Positions 26,424 to 36,685 of a stretch of DNA of 64,000 nucleotides are shown piece after piece. The notes beneath the pieces were generated by a model that was given only the letters and a program-made list of their open reading frames with translations, had not been told where the DNA came from and did not search any database. The stretch spans positions 64,001-128,000 of the forward strand of contig BTVY01000002.1 in NCBI GenBank assembly GCA_045863335.1. Reading direction: 5' to 3'. Made by a program: the position numbers and the translations under genes. The first letter of the stretch is position 1; every line of letters starts with the position of its first letter. This DNA is from Candidatus Hydrogenedentota bacterium (GTDB lineage Bacteria > Hydrogenedentota > Hydrogenedentia > Hydrogenedentales > SLHB01).

Positions 26424-29072
26424 TTACGACGCGCTTGTGATGTTGAATCCGTCTACCCGTAGTACGGGCGCCGCGCCGCCGAGGTCTGCTGTCGCAAAGG
26501 TCGCCGTCACCGTGCGGCTGGCGCCGGGAAGCAATGAGAAGTCATTGTCCTCCCAATAGCATGGGGCGATTTCGAGACCCTCTTCCCCTTGCTTGATTCC
26601 CAGATTAATGAAGAAGGCAATCTGATCCGTGGGATTCTCGAGGGTAACCGTTGCCAGGGTTTCCTCGCCCTTCTCGGAGGTTTCCATCGTCGCGTTGATT
26701 GCCACCTTGGGCAGACTGCGCAGCGCAGTCAGATCCGCGACCGACTTCGCGTTGATTTGAAAGTCCATCCAACTGTCTTTCAATTCTCCGGGAATGTCGG
26801 GCACGGTTGAGAGCCAGTATAGATTCTCCGATATGCGATTCCCTGCCGCGTCGTCTAACGTGAGAACCAGAAAGTAGGTGGTGGATAGTCCTTCCGGAGT
26901 ACCGACGACAAAGGCTTTGGCCTTGCCGTCGGGGCCGACTTCGACAGTTGCGTTCTCTGCGTACAGCTCCGTCATGTTGAGGTTCAAAATCCGGGCGGTG
27001 ACCTTCAAGTCGTCGTAGGGTTGATAGAGACTGTTTACGACCCAAACCGACCGGTCGTCGTAGGAATACTGCACGTGCAGTGATTCGCAGGCTTTCTTTG
27101 CTCCGTAGTAGGCACCGGTGGGTACGAGGTAGTAGTCCACGTAATGCCAGGTCATGACCGCAGGCCACGCGGCGTTGTACTTCCAAGTTGTGATGCCGGT
27201 GGCGTCGTACTTATTGCGCGCGTAGGCTTCGTACATGGCGCGGGCGCTCTCGTAGTTCATCACCTGAGCCGTCATGCAGAAGTCGTCAATGTCTTTCGGC
27301 TCGCCATAGCGCGTGTTCAGGGACTTGACGGTTTCGCGGAAAAAGTCGCCCTCCTGAATCACGGTGTGGAAGGACATGGCGTCGGTCCAGATCGGCCAAA
27401 GCTGGTCTTCCGGAATCATGCGGCGGACGCTCTCGATTTGCGCGACGATGCCGCCGATTCCGCCGGATTGCGCGAATCCCCACGCATATTCTTCAAAGGC
27501 GTCGTTGTAGTATCGCGTGGGGTCGGCGTAGGTCCAGAGTTCGCGCGTGCCGGTGCGCGTGCCGCCCGTATCGAAACGGTCATCCACCTCGAAGGCGCCG
27601 GAATGAGGCTGATACGTACGACCGGGAGAGTACTTGTCGATGATGCCCCGGTAGGCCTCGTCGAGCCGGTCGGTGGGGAATGTCTCGTCGTGTCCCAGGA
27701 AATGGACGAGGCTGGGATGGTTGCGAATGCGCAGCACGCTGTCGCGGATGCAGTCAACGGCGAGTTCTTCGTCGGGAATGCTGCGCCCGAAGAGTTGCTG
27801 CGTGACCATGACGCCCAATTCGTCGCAGGTGTCGTAGAACTGATCCGTTTCGCGGATGGAGAAGCCCTCGGACCGCAGCATGTTCAGGTTGGCTTCGCGT
27901 GCGTAACGCACGAGCGCCCGGTCGCGCCGTTCGCTGAACCGCAGCAGCATCTCGTTGGTCATCCACGCGCCGCCGCGAATGAGCACATCCTTTCCGTTGA
28001 CCTGGTATCTGCGCCAGCCTTCGTCATTGATGTAACTCGTGGCGTGACGGATACCAAATCGGGTGCCCGCGGAATCCGAGATCTCGCCATTCACTTCAAC
28101 CTGCATTGATACTTCGTAGAGATTCTGCGGACCCAACGGATTTGGCCACCAGAGTCTCGGATTCTCTATCGAAAGCGCCGGGCACTGGACCGGCGTGATG
28201 TGGATCCAGCGGGCTTCCTGGGGATACAACTCCACCGTATCGGCGAACGTGATACCTTCAATGGAACCGCTGACTTCGGCGGTAATGCGCTCGGTCGTGA
28301 GATTGGTGACCTGCACCTGTACGGTCAGGTCGGCGCGATCCAGGCCAGGCAGACTCAGGTCGCTCTGGATGTAAGGATGACGCAGCATTGCCGGTCCGCA
28401 GGTTGTCAGGTAGACCTCGCGCCAGACGCCCATGTTGAGGTCCGGCGGTTGCGGGTTGTGATCGTCCCAGCCGGTAGTTGCCTCAACCTGTTTCGTTCGG
28501 TAGGCGCCTTCCGGGAGTTTCCCCGGCGCGAACACTTCTATTGCGAGAGCGTTCACCGCGCCGCGTTTAACAACATCCGTGACGTCAAACTCGAAGCGCT
28601 GGAACATACCGCGTACGGTGTCGTCGCCGGCGACCTTGACGCCGTTCAGCCAGACGTTGGCTCGGTAGTTAATCCCGTCAAGGTGGAGGCGAATATGATC
28701 GTCAGGAAAGTCGGAGGGGATTGTGAACTCCGTCAGGTACCACCAGGATGGATAGAATGGGCTGTCCTCACTCATTCGCATCCAACGGCCGGGTTGATAT
28801 CCAGGGATTGCTTTGAGATTCTCGCCGAAGTAGGGATCGGTATACACACCGTTTTCGACGAGTGCGGCAAGGACAGTGGTAGGCAAAGTCACGGGATACC
28901 CGTCCCCCGTTTGCGCGCCTGGTGTGGACAGTGCGGCCCCATCAGGCTGGCTCATTTGCGCCGAGGATACAAGCCGCCACGCGCCGTCGACTGGCAACGG
29001 ATTGGACTGGCCAACCGCTCCTGTAGTCAAGCCAAAGAAGACGGCCAACAGCAATAGCTTATCCCGGTACAT
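26424..29072 (-). CDS. GH2 glycoside hydrolase, exo-beta-D-glucosaminidase/beta-mannosidase-like
   Basis: LDGINYRANVWLNG, LWWPN..GPQNLY, FGIR, LRSEG, RIRNHPS; signal peptide. Confidence 0.85.
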   Translation of the reverse strand: MYRDKLLLLAVFFGLTTGAVGQSNPLPVDGAWRLVSSAQMSQPDGAALSTPGAQTGDGYPVTLPTTVLAALVENGVYTDPYFGENLKAIPGYQPGRWMRMSEDSPFYPSWWYLTEFTIPSDFPDDHIRLHLDGINYRANVWLNGVKVAGDDTVRGMFQRFEFDVTDVVKRGAVNALAIEVFAPGKLPEGAYRTKQVEATTGWDDHNPQPPDLNMGVWREVYLTTCGPAMLRHPYIQSDLSLPGLDRADLTVQVQVTNLTTERITAEVSGSIEGITFADTVELYPQEARWIHITPVQCPALSIENPRLWWPNPLGPQNLYEVSMQVEVNGEISDSAGTRFGIRHATSYINDEGWRRYQVNGKDVLIRGGAWMTNEMLLRFSERRDRALVRYAREANLNMLRSEGFSIRETDQFYDTCDELGVMVTQQLFGRSIPDEELAVDCIRDSVLRIRNHPSLVHFLGHDETFPTDRLDEAYRGIIDKYSPGRTYQPHSGAFEVDDRFDTGGTRTGTRELWTYADPTRYYNDAFEEYAWGFAQSGGIGGIVAQIESVRRMIPEDQLWPIWTDAMSFHTVIQEGDFFRETVKSLNTRYGEPKDIDDFCMTAQVMNYESARAMYEAYARNKYDATGITTWKYNAAWPAVMTWHYVDYYLVPTGAYYGAKKACESLHVQYSYDDRSVWVVNSLYQPYDDLKVTARILNLNMTELYAENATVEVGPDGKAKAFVVGTPEGLSTTYFLVLTLDDAAGNRISENLYWLSTVPDIPGELKDSWMDFQINAKSVADLTALRSLPKVAINATMETSEKGEETLATVTLENPTDQIAFFINLGIKQGEEGLEIAPCYWEDNDFSLLPGASRTVTATFATADLGGAAPVLRVDGFNITSAS

Positions 29073-29301
29073 CATTCTCACTCTACCCCCTGGTTCCGAT
29101 TGTCCGGCCGATCAATTCGGCATCCATTGTGCCACATCGATTCTTCCGGGGCATCCCGTCTCATCCCGATCCGGATCGATACGAATCTATGCCGAATGCG
29201 ATCCGGGATTTGATTGCAGGTCTAAACGTGATTAGACTATTTTAGTTTCTGTAAATTACGCGCCGGAAGAATTGAACGAGCCAAACGATTTGGGGGCGAC
29301 C

Positions 29302-30990
29302 ATGCGAGTCCTTTCGATTTTTGTTACGTGTTTCCTTTGTGGAATGGCCAGTGCGCAAGACGCAGCATTGCGGCTACCCGTGGATGAATATGTCACCCGG
29401 ATGAAAGCCGGCTGGATCGGCCAGATGGCTGGCGTGGGCTGGGGCGCGCCGACCGAGTTTCAATTCAACGGACAGATCGTTCCCGAGAGCGATATGCCTC
29501 AATGGGAACCGGTGCTGGTCAATCAGTTTTGGCAAGACGACCTTTATGTTGAGATGACCTTTCTGAAGTCGCTGGAAGATTACGGATGGGACGTTACGCA
29601 TAAGCAGGCCGGGCTCGATTTCGCGGTGAGCGCTTACCCGTTGTGGCACGCGAACAACACGGGTCGCAGGAACCTGCGTGAAGGGATCGCGCCGCCAGAC
29701 TCGGGCCATCCGCAGTTTAACTCCCACGCCGACGATATCGACTACCAAATCGAGGCCGATTACTCGGGCCTCATCGCGCCGGGATTGCCAAACGTACCCA
29801 TCGCGCTGGGGGAAACCTTCGGCCGGATCGTGAACTATGGCGACGGATTGTACGGTGGGCAGTTTGTGGGCGGCATGTATGCCGCGGCGTTTTTTGAAAC
29901 CGATCCGGAAACGATCGTGCTTGCGGGCCTGGATTGTATTCCTGCTGAGAGCCAGTACGCGGAGTGCGTTCGGGACGTGATCGCATGGTGGAAGAAGAAT
30001 CCGGACGATTGGGAAACGACCTGGCACGAGATCGAGGCGAAGTACAACGAGAATCTTGACTACCGCAAGGCCTCCTGCGGCGGCGCGAAGAAGACCTTTA
30101 ACATCGACGCCAAGATCAATGGCGCGTATATCGTTATGGGACTGCTCTATGGCGAGCGCGACCCTGACAAGACCATCGAAATTGCCACCCGTTGCGGACA
30201 GGACTCGGACTGTAACCCGTCGAGTGCAGCGGGAATCCTCTTTACGTCGCTCGACCTGCCGAACGTACCGGACAAGTTTACGTCGGATTTAAAGCCCGAC
30301 ACGGTGTATTCCCACACGGAGTACTCTTTTTCCCGGCTGATCGAAGTCTGCGAGATGCTCGCGCGGGATGCGGTGGTGCGTGCAGGCGGGAGCATTGAGA
30401 AAGAGTCGGATGGACGCGAGGTATTCGTCATTCCCCGACAGACGCCGAAACCATCGCCGTTTGAGCAAAGTTGGAACCCGGGACCAATCGCCAACAGCCG
30501 GTATTCAGACGCGGAAATGGAGGAGCATATCCGCTCCAAGAATTTGTCGGACGGGCGAACGGATATGAGTCTAGTCATCCCCCAGTTTGCCGAGGGGTGG
30601 CAGATTGAAGATTGCGGCCTGGAAATGGACCCCGGCATTCGAGCTACGTACCGGGGAAAAGAAAACGTACTGGTCACCCACCCCGACGACGGCGCCACGC
30701 CCTGCGTTATCTGGCGGGAGGGAACCCTTCCCGCAAACTCCAAGGGAACGCTGCGGCTCACCATGAGCCATCACGACGGCGGCGATTGGCAACTTATCGT
30801 AAAGCTTAACGGCGAGGAGGTGGTGAACCGCCCGGTAAGCGAAGCGACCGTGACCGATGGCTGGCTTACGGTCGACATCGATCTCGCGCCCTACGCCGGA
30901 CAGACGGTCAAGGCGGAAATCCTGAATGCGCCGACGGGATGGTTCTGTGAAGCGGCATACTGGGGCGAGATTTCGCTGCTTGGGTTGTAG
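29302..30990 (+). CDS. secreted ADP-ribosylglycohydrolase-family protein
   Basis: GQMAGVGWGAPTEF, QDDLYVE, DIDYQIEAD, CGQDSDCN. Signal peptide and a C-terminal beta-sandwich. Confidence 0.8.
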   Translation: MRVLSIFVTCFLCGMASAQDAALRLPVDEYVTRMKAGWIGQMAGVGWGAPTEFQFNGQIVPESDMPQWEPVLVNQFWQDDLYVEMTFLKSLEDYGWDVTHKQAGLDFAVSAYPLWHANNTGRRNLREGIAPPDSGHPQFNSHADDIDYQIEADYSGLIAPGLPNVPIALGETFGRIVNYGDGLYGGQFVGGMYAAAFFETDPETIVLAGLDCIPAESQYAECVRDVIAWWKKNPDDWETTWHEIEAKYNENLDYRKASCGGAKKTFNIDAKINGAYIVMGLLYGERDPDKTIEIATRCGQDSDCNPSSAAGILFTSLDLPNVPDKFTSDLKPDTVYSHTEYSFSRLIEVCEMLARDAVVRAGGSIEKESDGREVFVIPRQTPKPSPFEQSWNPGPIANSRYSDAEMEEHIRSKNLSDGRTDMSLVIPQFAEGWQIEDCGLEMDPGIRATYRGKENVLVTHPDDGATPCVIWREGTLPANSKGTLRLTMSHHDGGDWQLIVKLNGEEVVNRPVSEATVTDGWLTVDIDLAPYAGQTVKAEILNAPTGWFCEAAYWGEISLLGL

Positions 30991-31045
30991 GCTTTCGCTT
31001 TTCGACCGGCAAAGTAAGAGTTTGCGACAGAAACGCGCTTGCCTA

Positions 31046-32446
31046 CTATGCGATGATGTCGTGGACGACGTTGCCGTAGACGTCGGTGAGGCGGTAGTCG
31101 CGGCCGGCGTAGCGGTAGGTTAGTTTTTCGTGGTCGATGCCCATGAGGTGCAGGATGGTCGCGTGGAGATCGTGGACGTGCACCTTGTTCTCCACGGCGT
31201 GCCAGCCGTAATCGTCGGTCGCACCGTAGGTCATGCCGCCGCGCACCCCGCCTCCGGCCATCCACATGGTGAAGCCGAAGGGATGATGCTCGCGTCCGTT
31301 ATCGCCTTCCGCGGTGGGCGTGCGGCCGAACTCTCCGCCCCAGAGGACGAGCGTGTCTTCCAGCAACCCTCGCGCTTTGAGATCCTTCAATAGACCCGCA
31401 ATGGGCTTGTCGGTTGAGGCGCAGTTCATGGGCAATTCTTCGCGCAAGGAACCGTGCTGATCCCATAGCTGGCAACTGCTGCGCTTGGACGTTTGGGTAT
31501 GGTAGACCTGCACGCAGCGAACCCCGCGCTCGATCATGCGCCGCGCCATGAGGCACTGCTTGCCGAAGATCTCCGTCACGGGATTGTCGAGTCCGTACAG
31601 TTCCCGCGTCGCCGGGGATTCGCCGTCCAACGCGAAGGCTTCGGGCGCTTCGGTCTGCATGCGATACGCCAGTTCAAATGACTCTATCCGGGCGCTTAGC
31701 CGGGAGTCTTCCTCGCGCAACGCGGCGTGTTGCTGGTTCAGTTCCTTCAATGCGTCCAGCTGCATACGCTGCGTCTGCCGATCGAAGCGGTCGTTGCTCA
31801 GGTCCGCGATGGGCTCGTTCAAATTGGCAACCAAAGTGCCCTGGTATGCGGCGGGCAGAAAACTGGAACTCCACAGCGGCGCGCCCTGCGCCGGCTGGGC
31901 CGGACTGAGCACGACGAATCCGGGCAGGTTCTGGTTCTCGCTGCCGAGTCCGTAGAGCAGCCAGGATCCGAGGCTTGGCCGGGAGAAGGTCTGCTCGCCG
32001 GTGTTCATCTGGAGGCAGGCGCCGTTGTGATTGATGTTGTCGGCCACCATGGAACGAATGACGCAGAGGTCGTCGGCGCAGGTCGCGAGGTGCGGGAGCA
32101 GTTCGCTGATCTCCATGCCGCACTCGCCGTGTTTGGGGAATTTCCAAGGCGATCCGAGCAGGTTGCCGGTCTTGGTGCGTTCCAACGCGGGCTTGTCGAA
32201 GGGCAGCGGCTTGCCTGTTTCCGCCAGGAGCCGTGGCTTCGGATCGAAGAGATCGACGTGCGAAGGGCCACCGGACATGAACAGAAAGATGATCCGCTTG
32301 GCGCGCGGGACCAAATGCGCGGAATGGGGCGCGACGGCCGAAGCGGTCGTATCAAACAGGCCGGCCAGCCCGAGCATGCCGAAGCCGTTCGCGAAGGTGC
32401 GGAGCGCCTCGCGGCGGGACAATGTCGTCCGATGGTTCGTGTTCAC
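31046..32446 (-). CDS. DUF1501 protein (Tat)
   Basis: SRREAL, IFLFMSGGPSHVDLFDPKP, WDQH, GEFGRTP, GREHHP. Confidence 0.92.
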   Translation of the reverse strand: MNTNHRTTLSRREALRTFANGFGMLGLAGLFDTTASAVAPHSAHLVPRAKRIIFLFMSGGPSHVDLFDPKPRLLAETGKPLPFDKPALERTKTGNLLGSPWKFPKHGECGMEISELLPHLATCADDLCVIRSMVADNINHNGACLQMNTGEQTFSRPSLGSWLLYGLGSENQNLPGFVVLSPAQPAQGAPLWSSSFLPAAYQGTLVANLNEPIADLSNDRFDRQTQRMQLDALKELNQQHAALREEDSRLSARIESFELAYRMQTEAPEAFALDGESPATRELYGLDNPVTEIFGKQCLMARRMIERGVRCVQVYHTQTSKRSSCQLWDQHGSLREELPMNCASTDKPIAGLLKDLKARGLLEDTLVLWGGEFGRTPTAEGDNGREHHPFGFTMWMAGGGVRGGMTYGATDDYGWHAVENKVHVHDLHATILHLMGIDHEKLTYRYAGRDYRLTDVYGNVVHDIIA

Positions 32447-32499
32447 GAGCAGCTTTCCTCAAGACCGATGCAATCAGGATAGCACAGAATCGGGCAAAC

Positions 32500-32565
32500 G
32501 TAGCGCAGGCGTCCTCGCCTGCAAAAGACCTTGGCGAAGAATGCAGGCGGGGACGCCTGCGCTAC
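32500..32565. repeat. GTAG-type REP doublet
   Basis: GTAGCGCAGGCGTCCTCGCCTGC ... GCAGGCGGGGACGCCTGCGCTAC; second copy at 50019-50096. Confidence 0.85.
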
Positions 32566-32584
32566 ATGGCTCTGTATCACTTCG

Positions 32585-35500
32585 TCAATCGACAAAATAA
32601 AACTCGTTCGTGCTCAACAGGACTTGCGCGTAGACGGCGATTGCGTCCTTCTTCGGGAAGCCAAGACCGGTCAGCGCCGATTGACCCACCGAAAACTCCT
32701 CGTCCGTGGGCGTGCGTGCGAACAGGCGCAGGTAGAGTTCGGCGACGACGGCGCCTTCGGCCGTGAAGTCCATTTCCTCGGCCAGGGCATGCGCCTGATC
32801 GAGCATGAAGTCATTGTTCAGGGTAAACAGTGCCTGGGGCACTACGATGGACTGGTTTCGTTCCGGCGTCACGGCGGTGGGATCGGCGCCATCAAACAGC
32901 ATGGTGTAGGTGCTGATGTTGGAACGCACGGTGCGCAGGTAGAGCGTGCGCCGAGGTGTGGCCATCTCCACGTATGCGGGCCCGCCGGGCGTCAGATCGA
33001 GTTGGTTGGTGACAAACAAGATGCTGTCACGCAACGTCTCCGCATCCAATCTGCGCCGGTTCATGCGGGCCAGGTACAGGTTGTCCGGGTCTTGCGCGAT
33101 ACTTTCATCGGACCCAAAGCTCGACTGTTGATAGGTTGCCGAACTCAGGATTTCCCTATGCAGGGCTTTGATGCTCCAACCGGATTCGATGAAGCGTCGT
33201 GCGAGGTAGTCGAGCAACTCTGGGTGGCTGGGCGCTTCGCCTTGGGCACCAAAATCGCCGGGCGTGCGGACGAGTCCTTCGCCGAAGTGATGTTGCCAAA
33301 TGCGATTGACCATGACGCGGGCCGTAAGTGCGGCACAGTCATCCGTCACCCAGTCGGCGAGATCGCGGCGGCCGCTTCCCTCCGTAACTGGACGGGGTGA
33401 TGAATCGGTCAGCACCGACGGCATTTGGCGTGGCACGAGATCGCCAAGCGTCGTGTACGAACCCCGACGATGAACCTGGACGTCGTGGATGCCTTCGTGC
33501 TCGGTGCCGGGCACGCCGCCTTCCTGAATGCCCACGGCGTAATCGAGGGGCGCGGGAGTTTGTGATTCGAGTTCGCGGAGTTCGGCTTCAACGGCCGCGC
33601 GTCGCGAGCCGGCCGCGGGTGGAAGCGACCCGAGCCAGAAGGGCCCCTGGTCTGATAAGAGCGCCGCGGCACCGTCGCCTGAATTTGCTGTAACGGCCGC
33701 TTCCACATTCTTCGCGGCTTCTTCGAGCGCTTCGGGACCTCGACGCCCTGCTTCCACTTCTTCCAGGACCGCCCACCACGGCGCGAAGAGGATCGCGTCC
33801 AAAGGCGGCTTCGCGCTGCCGGCAAAGAGCCACCACACGTCCGGCCGGCCGGAGGCGTCTTGCCACGGATTGCCGCCCGTGAAATGGGGCAAGATATCGG
33901 ATGCAGTGGACCACCTCTCCCCCGCTCCGTCGATTTGAAGGTCGACTACCGTCGTGTCGCAGGAATAGTCGCCGTCGGGCAGGACGGTCAACAGGAGCTG
34001 CTCGCCCGGCTTCAAGGGCACAGGCGCATCGATTGCGATGGCGCCATCGCCACCGTTCATGATTTGTCCCTCGGCCACGATTCGTTCAAATCCACGGCCT
34101 CGGTGCGCCACGGTCCAGCGAACGCCATTGCCGCAATTGCCGTCGGCATCGGCGATCCGCCCGGAGACGGCCACCGCAACTTCGACGGGCGCGCGCCAAC
34201 CGATGCCGACGCCGTCGGTGGGCGACGGATGAATGACGAGCGAATGGGGCGGTTGGGTGATGGTGCTGTACTTCAATTCGTTATCGGTCGTGTTCGCGAC
34301 GGAGGACGGGGTGGATTCCGCATCGTGGCGCGAATGGAGACCGGGGATGCTCTGGAAATCTTTGTCGACCGTCAGTAGTGCGGGCGGGCTGTCGCCGTTC
34401 AGCATGCGCGACCATTGGCGCAGCACATCGGGATGCAGCCCCTCCGCCTCGGCGGAAACGCCTCGATACGCCGCAAGGAGGTACTGCGCGGTTCTCGCGC
34501 TTTCCTGCCGCGCGAACGACGCCCGTTCTTCCGCGAGCGAGGTGTCCCGTTCCGCGCGAAGGGCATTGATGCGCTCCTCACGAGCCGACCGCGCCGCGAG
34601 TTCCTCTTTCGACGCGAGCGGCAGATGGAGGATGGGCGAGCCCTCCGTCTTGGCGCCCGGACCGGGAAGAATGCTGCTGCTGAAGAAAATGCCGGCAAGC
34701 CCGTAGTACTCCTCCGTCGTGAAAGGGTCAAACTTGTGGTCGTGGCACCGGGCGCAGGCCATGGTCATGCCGAGCATGGTGCGCGTGACGACGTCGATTT
34801 GGTCGTCCACGATGTCCGTGACCATCTTCTGTTTGTCGGCGTCGCCTTGAGGCCAGTTGCCGATAGCCAGCATGCCGGTGGCGATGAGACCGTCCCGGTT
34901 GAAGCCGCCGTCTAGACCGGGCAACAGGTCGCCGGCGATCTGGTAGCGCAGGAACTCGTCGTAGGGCATGTCTTCGTTGAAGGCGTTGACAACCCAGTCG
35001 CGATAGCGCCAGATTTCGACGGGATCGGTCTGCGCGCTGGCCCGGGAGTCGAAGGAATCCGTGTACCGGACCACGTCGAGCCAGTGGCGCGCCCAGCGTT
35101 CGCCGTACTGAGGGGACGCCAGCAGACGGTCCACCAGTTGCGCGTAGGCGTCGGGTCGCGTGTCAGACTCGAAGGCGTGTACTTCTTCGTGAGACGGCGG
35201 AAGCCCGGTGAGGTCGAAGGAAAGACGTCGTATCAGCGTGCGCCGGTCGGCTTGCGGTGCGGCTTGAAGTTTCTGCGACTCAATCTTGTGGAGGATGTAG
35301 CGATCGATATCGTTCTTCGGCCAATCAGAATGCTGGACGTTGGGCGCGTCCGTTTGAGCCAAGGGCTGATAGGCCCAGTGCGCCGCTTTGCGCTCGGCGA
35401 GGCTCGGAGCGGCTGCCGCGGGCTTATCCCCATACTCCGGCCATTGCGCTCCTTCGACCACCCACGCGGTGATAGCGTCGATGGCCTCCTGTGAGAGTTT

Positions 35501-35803
35501 CTCGCGGGGCGGCATCTGCACGTCACCGGTATGGGCGATGACCTGTACAAGGAGGCTCTCCGGATTGCCCGGCTCCACGGCGGGACCCCGGCTGCCGCCT
35601 TGCAACATGGCCTCGGCGGAATCGAGGCGGAGGCCCGACTTCTGTTTCTCAGGGCCGTGACACGAATAGCAATGCTCGACGAGCACGGGCCGCACGTCGC
35701 GCTCGAAGCGTTCCAGCGCGGCCGAGTTTGATGGCGCGGCGTGGGACGGTCCTGTTGCGTACACGCACACGGCAATCCAAACGCCAAACGAGTATGACTT
35801 CAT
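32585..35803 (-). CDS. planctomycete cytochrome c / DUF1549 / DUF1553 (PSD1) protein
   Basis: CYSCHG, RRLSFDLTGLPP, GERWARHWLD, CARCHDHKFDP, NRIWQHHFG, PSHPELLDYLA. Confidence 0.92.
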   Translation of the reverse strand: MKSYSFGVWIAVCVYATGPSHAAPSNSAALERFERDVRPVLVEHCYSCHGPEKQKSGLRLDSAEAMLQGGSRGPAVEPGNPESLLVQVIAHTGDVQMPPREKLSQEAIDAITAWVVEGAQWPEYGDKPAAAAPSLAERKAAHWAYQPLAQTDAPNVQHSDWPKNDIDRYILHKIESQKLQAAPQADRRTLIRRLSFDLTGLPPSHEEVHAFESDTRPDAYAQLVDRLLASPQYGERWARHWLDVVRYTDSFDSRASAQTDPVEIWRYRDWVVNAFNEDMPYDEFLRYQIAGDLLPGLDGGFNRDGLIATGMLAIGNWPQGDADKQKMVTDIVDDQIDVVTRTMLGMTMACARCHDHKFDPFTTEEYYGLAGIFFSSSILPGPGAKTEGSPILHLPLASKEELAARSAREERINALRAERDTSLAEERASFARQESARTAQYLLAAYRGVSAEAEGLHPDVLRQWSRMLNGDSPPALLTVDKDFQSIPGLHSRHDAESTPSSVANTTDNELKYSTITQPPHSLVIHPSPTDGVGIGWRAPVEVAVAVSGRIADADGNCGNGVRWTVAHRGRGFERIVAEGQIMNGGDGAIAIDAPVPLKPGEQLLLTVLPDGDYSCDTTVVDLQIDGAGERWSTASDILPHFTGGNPWQDASGRPDVWWLFAGSAKPPLDAILFAPWWAVLEEVEAGRRGPEALEEAAKNVEAAVTANSGDGAAALLSDQGPFWLGSLPPAAGSRRAAVEAELRELESQTPAPLDYAVGIQEGGVPGTEHEGIHDVQVHRRGSYTTLGDLVPRQMPSVLTDSSPRPVTEGSGRRDLADWVTDDCAALTARVMVNRIWQHHFGEGLVRTPGDFGAQGEAPSHPELLDYLARRFIESGWSIKALHREILSSATYQQSSFGSDESIAQDPDNLYLARMNRRRLDAETLRDSILFVTNQLDLTPGGPAYVEMATPRRTLYLRTVRSNISTYTMLFDGADPTAVTPERNQSIVVPQALFTLNNDFMLDQAHALAEEMDFTAEGAVVAELYLRLFARTPTDEEFSVGQSALTGLGFPKKDAIAVYAQVLLSTNEFYFVD

Positions 35804-35903
35804 ATTTGTATCCCAGGGTCCTTGCAGGTGAACCAAAGCTAGAATAGCAGAAGAAGTCCGCTGACGGTAGCGGGAGAATGCCGGATTTGTGGCCGATAAT
35901 TCG

Positions 35904-36578
35904 TCAGAAGACGAAGGCAAAGAGCCTCATAATCGCGGCCACGATCAGGAACAACCGGGGAATGATGCCGAGCGGATCGTCAGACACCTCGTGAAAACTA
36001 CGCACCGTACGAAGGGTCTCGGGATACGCGAGGATGTCGGAAATCCCGAATTGCTCCTCGCGGCCAAACGCAACCCACAACTTGCCAGCCGAGTCTTCCG
36101 GATGATACCCGACGATGTAGTAGGTCCCCGTCGAGGGGAGCGTCACGTCTTCTTCGACATAAATCCAGGATTCCGTTCCCGTGAATGGCTCCGAGAAAAA
36201 CTCGACCTCGGAACTGGAGGTCTCGAAGGTCAACGCGCCCGTTCCGTTGGGGAGATCAAAGGGAACCGTCGCGCTCGGCAACCCCGGACCCACCAGCGCA
36301 ACCGCGGGCAGGTACTCGGACAGGTTCTCGATGACCGGTACGCCGAGCTGCAAGTAGACGGAGTCGCCCGCAGTCCCGCCGAACGTCAACCAGACCTCCT
36401 GATTGTTTTCGGAGACTTCGTGGAGGATCAGTTGCGATACGCCCGGTTCGACGACGGCGAGCGCGGACGCTGCGTCGACGTGCGTGCCGTCATTCTCGAT
36501 GAGCCGATGTGCGAACACCTGAGGTGCGAAGAACAACACAAGCGCGGACACGACAATGACGAATCGTTTGGCGTACAT
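35904..36578 (-). CDS. secreted hypothetical protein with C-terminal hydrophobic anchor
   Basis: Signal peptide, acidic beta-rich body, hydrophobic tail. Confidence 0.65.
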   Translation of the reverse strand: MYAKRFVIVVSALVLFFAPQVFAHRLIENDGTHVDAASALAVVEPGVSQLILHEVSENNQEVWLTFGGTAGDSVYLQLGVPVIENLSEYLPAVALVGPGLPSATVPFDLPNGTGALTFETSSSEVEFFSEPFTGTESWIYVEEDVTLPSTGTYYIVGYHPEDSAGKLWVAFGREEQFGISDILAYPETLRTVRSFHEVSDDPLGIIPRLFLIVAAIMRLFAFVF

Positions 36579-36685
36579 ACCTGAACCTCCTGATCCGCCC
36601 GTGGGGGCTCCCGATCCAGCCGTTTTTTTGTCGATACGTCGAGTATACCACGCGTATACTCAGGCACATTCGCTGGAGGGTCAAA

